Shown here in pieces: positions 58,394 through 64,000 of a DNA stretch of 64,000 bases. The DNA lies in the NCBI GenBank assembly GCA_946408125.1, contig CAMJQW010000005.1:2697-66696 (forward strand), in the 5' to 3' direction. A program made the translations under genes and the position numbers. Positions within the stretch are counted from its first letter, which is position 1. Each line of letters opens with the position of its first letter. The notes beneath the pieces were generated by a model. It ran no database searches and was not told the DNA's origin. It worked only from the letters and a program-made list of their open reading frames with translations. The stretch comes from an uncultured Fibrobacter sp. (GTDB lineage Bacteria; Fibrobacterota; Fibrobacteria; Fibrobacterales; Fibrobacteraceae).

Positions 58394-60930
58394 GCATTAG
58401 CCCAGTCGCCGTGGTCACAGTCCTTGTCGTCACCCATGTCGATGCGCAGTTGCAATTCCTTCGCGCCGGAGATGTCGACATCGATAACCTGCTTGTCCGT
58501 CGAATAGAGTTTCTTGGTCCGCATCACTTCGCGGCCGTCCGCACTCACAATAAAGTAAGCACCGTCACCACAGGCACTCTCGTCATCGAGACCGACCACG
58601 GCGTGCATCACGTCAAATGCGCGGGGCAGCGTGTAGTCTATAGTGGAATTCGCGTGGCTACCGATACCGTAGCGGTACGGGATACGGTCAAGCGTAATCG
58701 TATGATGTTCGACAGTTCCGTCCACCTGCGGCGTGCCCCAATCCTGCGTATAGCGGTCCATCTTGAGCGCAGAAAGCAACGCGACATTCTCGCCTTCCAC
58801 GAAGAAGTCCTTGTACACAAGGAGAGTATCGTCATCAGGCATCAGGCAGCTGATTTCCGCACGGTTCATGCCGTAGCGAATCTGCGCGGAATCGAGCACG
58901 AGCGTGTCCGCTTCCGACGAAACCAGGATTTCGCCCTGTTGAGCGCCATTCAGCACGTTGCTGCAGTTGATGGATTCGGGGAACTTCTTTGAAATCGCGA
59001 TCTGGCCGTCGGCGTAATCCGAAACGAGGAAGTTCTGGGCATATTGAGAGACGCCCTTCTTCGAAATAATCTTGTAGATGACCAGCGGGTAACCGAAGCG
59101 CTTCGCATCGATCAGGACGCGTTCATTCTTGTAGCTGTCAAGAATCTTGTCAATCTGGTCCGTCGTCTTGAAGCCCACCACGCGGCTATCGCGGTTCACC
59201 TGGCCGTAGCCATCCTGTCCGCGCACGAGGTAGATGTTGCCGTTAGATTTCTGCATCCAGTTCACGAATGTTTCAGTGCTCCAGCCTTCAAAGGTGCGTT
59301 CGCTAAAGGACGTATGCCCGGATGCAAGCATCTGCCACGGACGCGAGTAGATGAACACCGAGTTCTCGGGATACTTCGCGAGTTCCGTATTCAGGAAATC
59401 TTCTTCGCCCAGGAGCTTGTTCTTGTAGTAAAGCATGTTCGCCTTGTAGCTCGGGGCGTGGTACAGCATGAGCCCGACAGAAAGGGCGCAGGCAATCCCC
59501 ATCACGATCTTCGCGGCGGCATCTTCCCTCATCTTGGTCGCAAAGAGAAGCGCATCGTACATGCCAAGCGCCATCAGGAGGGCAAACAGCGGGAGCGCCA
59601 CCAGCACGTAACGCTGGTTGATATCGATGGTGAATGTACCCGAAACGTTCAGGAGGATAACGAAAATCTGCAGGCAGAAGAAAATGCCCAGAATGAATCC
59701 GCGTACATAACGGCGGTAAGCGATCATGCGGAACAAGAGCCAGAGGGTCGCCGCCAGAAGGATCACCGTGAACGTCGTGTAGAACGGATTTTCCATGATG
59801 CCGCCGAACGCCGGATTCTTGTCGAGGTTCATCATCACCTCGATATTCGTCTTGAGGTTGAACCACAAGTTTTCAAACGAATGCGCGGCATGGTCGCCAC
59901 CCTGGAAGTCGTAACCGCGGTAAGCGGCCATCGTATTCACGCTGGGCCAGCTCACAGCAATCACAGACGCGATGAAAGCGGGCAAGCGGTAGGGCTTTTC
60001 CAGGAAATAGCGGTAATAGTAAAGTGCAAACGGGACAAACGCGAACACCGTTTCCTGGCGGGTCTGCGCAAAGAAACCAAGCAGGGGAACCGTCAACAAG
60101 AAATGCTTCCACGTCACCTTGTTCGTCGGTACGAATGCATACCACGCCATCAGGAAGGCAAGCAGGCAAATGTAGAGGACTTCCGTCGAAGCGGAGCGGG
60201 CCTGCAAGAGGTATATCGGCATGCCGCCGAGGAACGCCGTCGCGGCCAACGCAAGCTTGTCGCTCTTGAACCACTTGCAAAGCGCGAGGAAGAACGCGAT
60301 GAGGCTCAGGATGTAGAACGGGTAGTTCACGAGGAGCGCCGTATCGCGGTTCGGTTCCATGAAGTTGAAGACGACGGAATAGACAAATCCGAGCGCCTTG
60401 CCCTTGAAGTTGTTCACTTCGGTCTTGCAGTCGAGAACGCCATCGGTCCACACGCCCTCATTGCAGATGCCGCCCGTATGCTGGAAGTACATCTGGAGGC
60501 CCATCGATTCCCAGCTCGTCTCGTCACTCAATACGCGGTGCGTATTCCCGATATTGCTGAAGATAAACACCGAGAATACGATCAGCAGAATGGCGAGCCC
60601 GCAGAACGACTTGCCGCCGGGCAAGAAGGCGCGCACATGCTTTGCCACGAAGGGCAAATTCACGACGATACCCGCAATCAGCAGGGCAAAGGTCGAAAGG
60701 ATGGAATAGTAACCCCATTGAATATCCCAGCGGCGGGCGTATTCGACAGACAAGTTATTGAATATGAGGAATGCGGCAAGCAGCACGGCAACCGACACGG
60801 CTGCCATCACGGCCTGGGTCTTGCCGAGCTGAAGCGACTGGACCCATTCACGCAAAGTATCTTTCAAAGATTTCCGTTCTACTTTCTTTGCCGCCGTAAC
60901 CGGCTTAACTTTCTTTTTCTCTTTAGTCAT
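58375..60930 (-). CDS. Polytopic membrane protein (GT-C/PMT-like) with C-terminal NPCBM domain
   Basis: About 12 TM helices, SDE motif in the first large loop, RY motif near the end of the TM region; C-terminal QDWG...GIGSHA...VGLDD...DHGDWA. Start placed at ATG 60930. Confidence 0.75.
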   Translation of the reverse strand: MTKEKKKVKPVTAAKKVERKSLKDTLREWVQSLQLGKTQAVMAAVSVAVLLAAFLIFNNLSVEYARRWDIQWGYYSILSTFALLIAGIVVNLPFVAKHVRAFLPGGKSFCGLAILLIVFSVFIFSNIGNTHRVLSDETSWESMGLQMYFQHTGGICNEGVWTDGVLDCKTEVNNFKGKALGFVYSVVFNFMEPNRDTALLVNYPFYILSLIAFFLALCKWFKSDKLALAATAFLGGMPIYLLQARSASTEVLYICLLAFLMAWYAFVPTNKVTWKHFLLTVPLLGFFAQTRQETVFAFVPFALYYYRYFLEKPYRLPAFIASVIAVSWPSVNTMAAYRGYDFQGGDHAAHSFENLWFNLKTNIEVMMNLDKNPAFGGIMENPFYTTFTVILLAATLWLLFRMIAYRRYVRGFILGIFFCLQIFVILLNVSGTFTIDINQRYVLVALPLFALLMALGMYDALLFATKMREDAAAKIVMGIACALSVGLMLYHAPSYKANMLYYKNKLLGEEDFLNTELAKYPENSVFIYSRPWQMLASGHTSFSERTFEGWSTETFVNWMQKSNGNIYLVRGQDGYGQVNRDSRVVGFKTTDQIDKILDSYKNERVLIDAKRFGYPLVIYKIISKKGVSQYAQNFLVSDYADGQIAISKKFPESINCSNVLNGAQQGEILVSSEADTLVLDSAQIRYGMNRAEISCLMPDDDTLLVYKDFFVEGENVALLSALKMDRYTQDWGTPQVDGTVEHHTITLDRIPYRYGIGSHANSTIDYTLPRAFDVMHAVVGLDDESACGDGAYFIVSADGREVMRTKKLYSTDKQVIDVDISGAKELQLRIDMGDDKDCDHGDWANAWLEAK

Positions 60931-60937
60931 AATATTC

Positions 60938-63900
60938 CTAGTTCGCAGAAATTCCAAGGCGCTCCATCGCAATCTTCTTGCCGGTCTGGATATCGCACTT
61001 GCCACTACCCAGCTTGGGCAGCACATCGACTTTCACGACGGCACCGGGGAGCATCAAGGGCGGGAGGCCGACTTCCTTGAGCATCGACTTCACTTCGTCC
61101 TCGGACTTTTCGCCCGCATACACGAGCACAATCTTTTCACCCTTGCTTCCGTCCGGAACGGCCACCGCGAAGTGGTCAATCTCGTCGAACAGCGAGCATT
61201 CCGAAATCTTGAAGTCCACGGAACCGAGGCTCACCATTTCGCCACCGAGCTTCGCGAATCGGCTGTAGCGGTCCACAATCGTGAGGTAACCGTCCTCGTC
61301 CACGTGGCCCTTGTCGCCGGTCTTGTACCAGCGCTTGCCGTTGATGACAGCAATTGCCTGCGCCGTACGATCCGGATCCTTCAGGTAACCCTTCATGATC
61401 TGCGCACCGCCAATCAGGATAAGGCCATCCTCGCCCACCGGGAGTTCTTCCATGGTGTCGGGGTCCACGATGCGGATCTGCGTTCCGGGCAGAGGAGCGC
61501 CAACGGTACCCGGCTTATTGCCTTCGAGAACCGTCTTGTAGTCATCCATGAGCACGTCCCTCGTGTTCACGGCGGCCACAGGAGTCGTCTCGGTACAGCC
61601 GAAGCCTTCGAAAATCTCGAGTTTGAACTTGGTGCGGTAAAGCTGGCGCACGTCCTCGCGAATCTTTTCGGCGCCCGCATAGATGGCACGGACATGCGAG
61701 AACATCAGCGGGTGCACGGCGCGGTTCAGGCCCCACATGCGCAGGAACGTTCCGGTAGCCACCATGAACGAAACCTTGAACTGGGCGCACATGCGCGAAA
61801 CGAGGCGCGCATCGGTCGGGTCGGGGCAAGTCGCCACCGGCACGCCTTCCACGAGGCAAAGCATCGTCGTAATCGAGAAACCGAACGCATGGAACAGCGG
61901 GAGCGAACCGAGGAACACGTCTTCCGCGGTCGGCAAAAGCACGCTTTCGCACTGCTTGATATTGCCCATCAAGTTCAGGTGCGTCAGTTCCACGCCCTTC
62001 GGGCGGCCTTCGGAACCAGAACTGAAGATGATGGTCGCCACGTCGTCGAGGCTCACCTTCTTGAAGAAGCGGAGTTCCAGATACCAGGCCGGCAGGATAA
62101 GCACCCGCAGGAAGTTCTTCACGAGCGTCGACTTGTGGAGCTGTCCCTTCAGGTCTTCCATGTAGTAGACCTTGTACTTGTCGAGCAGTTTTTCCATCGG
62201 CACGCCCTTCTGCTTGAGCTTGTCGATAAAGGCATGGGCCGTAATAATCGTCTTCACGTCGGCCACGCCACAGCAGTAGTCCATCGTCTCGGGCGTGTTC
62301 GTGTAGTTCAGGTTGTAGACCGTCTTGCCCTTGATGAGGCATGCCATGTTCACGATGATGCCCGGACCGGACGGCGGGATAAGCACGCCCACCTGCTTTT
62401 CGCCCTTTGTAAGCTTATCGATGATGGCGCCAAACGAGAGGGCAGCCGTCGCAAGCGTATTCGCGGAGAGGTGGTTTCCGTCGGGGCTATACACCGAGGG
62501 ACCACTGCCGATATGCTTCACCGTACGAATCCAGGCCGAGGCGACCGGACGCAGCTTGCGGATGTATCTCGTCCAGGCCGTAATGGAAAGTTCCTGGACA
62601 GCGCGTTTTACCATCATCGGGCTGGAATCGAGCGGCAACTCCTCTCCGAAAGCGACTGAGACGATGCGTCCGCCGCTATGCACCATGTCCTTGAAACCGG
62701 CATCGGCCATGGAGTAGCTACTCCCCCACAGGCCCTGTACGTAGAACGGCATGAACTTGAGGTGCGGCACGTCCTTGATAGCGGCCGAGTAATCCAGGCG
62801 GAAACGGTTCATGTTACCCGTCGAAGTCATCACGTTCTCGGGGAACATCACCACGGCTTCACCACGCAGCAAGGCCTGACGGGCCTCTTCCATCGCGGGA
62901 CCCGGATTCGAAATATCGAGGTCGATGGTTTCCATCTGCGAAAGCAGGAGTTTCACGTACCATTTTTCGAAAGGCCTGCGCGTAATCACGAAGCGCATGG
63001 GACGCGGGCTCGCCATCTGGATAATCGCCCAGTCAATGTACGAGATGTGGTTACCCACCAGAAGCACCGGGCCTTCCCACGGGATATTCTGCACGCCCGT
63101 CACCAGGAACTTGTAATGCATCGACAATACGGAGCGAAGCAACTGGCGGAGCAGCGTCTGCGGCATAGCCCAGAGGGCCCAGATTGTACCCACAAGGCAG
63201 ACAATGCCGAGGATGAAGAACAGGTTCATCCGCTCAAGGCCAACGTAACGAATGGCGACCACCGCCAGGATATCGAATACGAGGATGCACAGGTTCTGCA
63301 CCACGTTGGCAAGCGAAAGAACGTGGCCCGCCGACCTCGGCTTGGTATTGTAGAGGAGCGTTGCGAACATCGGGAGCGCATAGATGCCTCCACAGAAGCC
63401 GAGCAAGGCAAACGCAATCGCATTGTAAGGGCGCGGGATGAAGGGGATAATGAAGATCAGGATGGAAGCACCGGCGGTCCCCATCGGGATAAGGCCCATC
63501 TCGATAAAGTTACGGGACATCCTCTTGGCAAAGACGAAGCCCGCGATAAGGCCAATGGCGGTACCGAAAATGGCGTAGTTCGCGAGGAGGTCCTGGTTGA
63601 ACAGCGAGCCCGAACTGAACTGGTCCTGGATAACGAACACCATGAGGAAAATCATGACCCAGAACATGGACTGTCCGACAATCGCCTGACGGAGCGCCCG
63701 GTTCTTCCAGGCCTTCACCATCTTGCGACGTGCGTACCCAAACGTCCAGTACTGCTTCCAGGGGAATTCCAGGACTTCATCGTAGGCTCCGATAGCCGGC
63801 AACCTGAGTGCAAAGAAGAAACCAAGCAGCTGCAGGCCGCCCAGCGAGTAGAGGACCGGCTGGACCAGATCTTCCTTGACGGCAAATGCGAGCGCGGCAC

Positions 63901-64000
63901 CGGTAAACAGGAGAGCAAGGAACGTGACGATCATCAGGGTCCCGCTGCCGCTAGCGAGGTAGCGCACCCCCATGAGTTCCTTCATATAGCCGTTCTTCGC
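60938..64000 (-). CDS. aas: Aas-like MFS/acyltransferase/acyl-ACP synthetase fusion (5' end outside the window)
   Basis: MFS-like TM region, NHISYID and FPE acyltransferase motifs, FSSGSEGRPKG, EGFGCTET, WYKTGD and RFAKLGGEMVS. Confidence 0.9.
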   Translation of the reverse strand, partial: AKNGYMKELMGVRYLASGSGTLMIVTFLALLFTGAALAFAVKEDLVQPVLYSLGGLQLLGFFFALRLPAIGAYDEVLEFPWKQYWTFGYARRKMVKAWKNRALRQAIVGQSMFWVMIFLMVFVIQDQFSSGSLFNQDLLANYAIFGTAIGLIAGFVFAKRMSRNFIEMGLIPMGTAGASILIFIIPFIPRPYNAIAFALLGFCGGIYALPMFATLLYNTKPRSAGHVLSLANVVQNLCILVFDILAVVAIRYVGLERMNLFFILGIVCLVGTIWALWAMPQTLLRQLLRSVLSMHYKFLVTGVQNIPWEGPVLLVGNHISYIDWAIIQMASPRPMRFVITRRPFEKWYVKLLLSQMETIDLDISNPGPAMEEARQALLRGEAVVMFPENVMTSTGNMNRFRLDYSAAIKDVPHLKFMPFYVQGLWGSSYSMADAGFKDMVHSGGRIVSVAFGEELPLDSSPMMVKRAVQELSITAWTRYIRKLRPVASAWIRTVKHIGSGPSVYSPDGNHLSANTLATAALSFGAIIDKLTKGEKQVGVLIPPSGPGIIVNMACLIKGKTVYNLNYTNTPETMDYCCGVADVKTIITAHAFIDKLKQKGVPMEKLLDKYKVYYMEDLKGQLHKSTLVKNFLRVLILPAWYLELRFFKKVSLDDVATIIFSSGSEGRPKGVELTHLNLMGNIKQCESVLLPTAEDVFLGSLPLFHAFGFSITTMLCLVEGVPVATCPDPTDARLVSRMCAQFKVSFMVATGTFLRMWGLNRAVHPLMFSHVRAIYAGAEKIREDVRQLYRTKFKLEIFEGFGCTETTPVAAVNTRDVLMDDYKTVLEGNKPGTVGAPLPGTQIRIVDPDTMEELPVGEDGLILIGGAQIMKGYLKDPDRTAQAIAVINGKRWYKTGDKGHVDEDGYLTIVDRYSRFAKLGGEMVSLGSVDFKISECSLFDEIDHFAVAVPDGSKGEKIVLVYAGEKSEDEVKSMLKEVGLPPLMLPGAVVKVDVLPKLGSGKCDIQTGKKIAMERLGISAN

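Noticed and set aside
59044-61080. Long antisense ORFs (also 979-2232, 35639-37081, 39394-40995, 45854-47680, 48203-49969, 50638-52407)
   Set aside because: Each lies opposite a well-supported gene and has no recognisable motifs. Such shadow ORFs are expected with strong GC3 codon bias.
1-64000. CRISPR arrays, tRNA/rRNA genes, IS elements, prophage
   Set aside because: No spaced direct repeats, RNA gene signatures, transposases or integrases were seen, and intergenic gaps are short. The only repeats are coding Ser-rich linkers and pentapeptide or hexapeptide repeats.

Overview
This is a gene-dense chromosomal window, most likely from a Fibrobacter species. That call rests on three FISUMP/Fib_succ_major-domain genes, a GH16 lichenase closely resembling the F. 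succinogenes 1,3-1,4-beta-glucanase, a CE15 glucuronoyl esterase and several Ser-rich lipoproteins. In order it carries: sigma54-driven glnK-amtB; a zinc-ribbon-FISUMP/STAS/SpoIIE-HATPase module; a long minus-strand envelope/lipid operon (GGR-like reductase, sufE, gamma-CA, DAG kinase, lpxD, lpxC, fabZ, NTP-transferase, trmJ); a pentapeptide-repeat protein, radA, rfbB, a U32 protein and slyD; a lipoprotein/sugar-nucleotide enzyme/GT2 trio; yajL-hslO-thrH; CE15; relA/spoT joined to an 11-subunit nuo operon (no nuoEFG, NuoB-C fused); parE-parC; chorismate mutase-tyrA-aroA-like-nadK; the lichenase and a GntR regulator; and an aas/GT-C-NPCBM/GT-B operon. I saw no rRNA, tRNA, CRISPR array or mobile element. 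The best leads are (1) a plant-like UDP-apiose/UDP-xylose synthase coupled to a Dpm1/ArnC-like GT2 and a Ser-rich lipoprotein, (2) a lipoprotein with four P-x-Y-G motifs, (3) an AroA homolog lacking most EPSP synthase catalytic motifs, and (4) a recurrent TANNNT box 6-9 nt before start codons, suggesting leaderless transcription. All family assignments come from motif recognition by eye and from recalled reference sequences, not from database searches.
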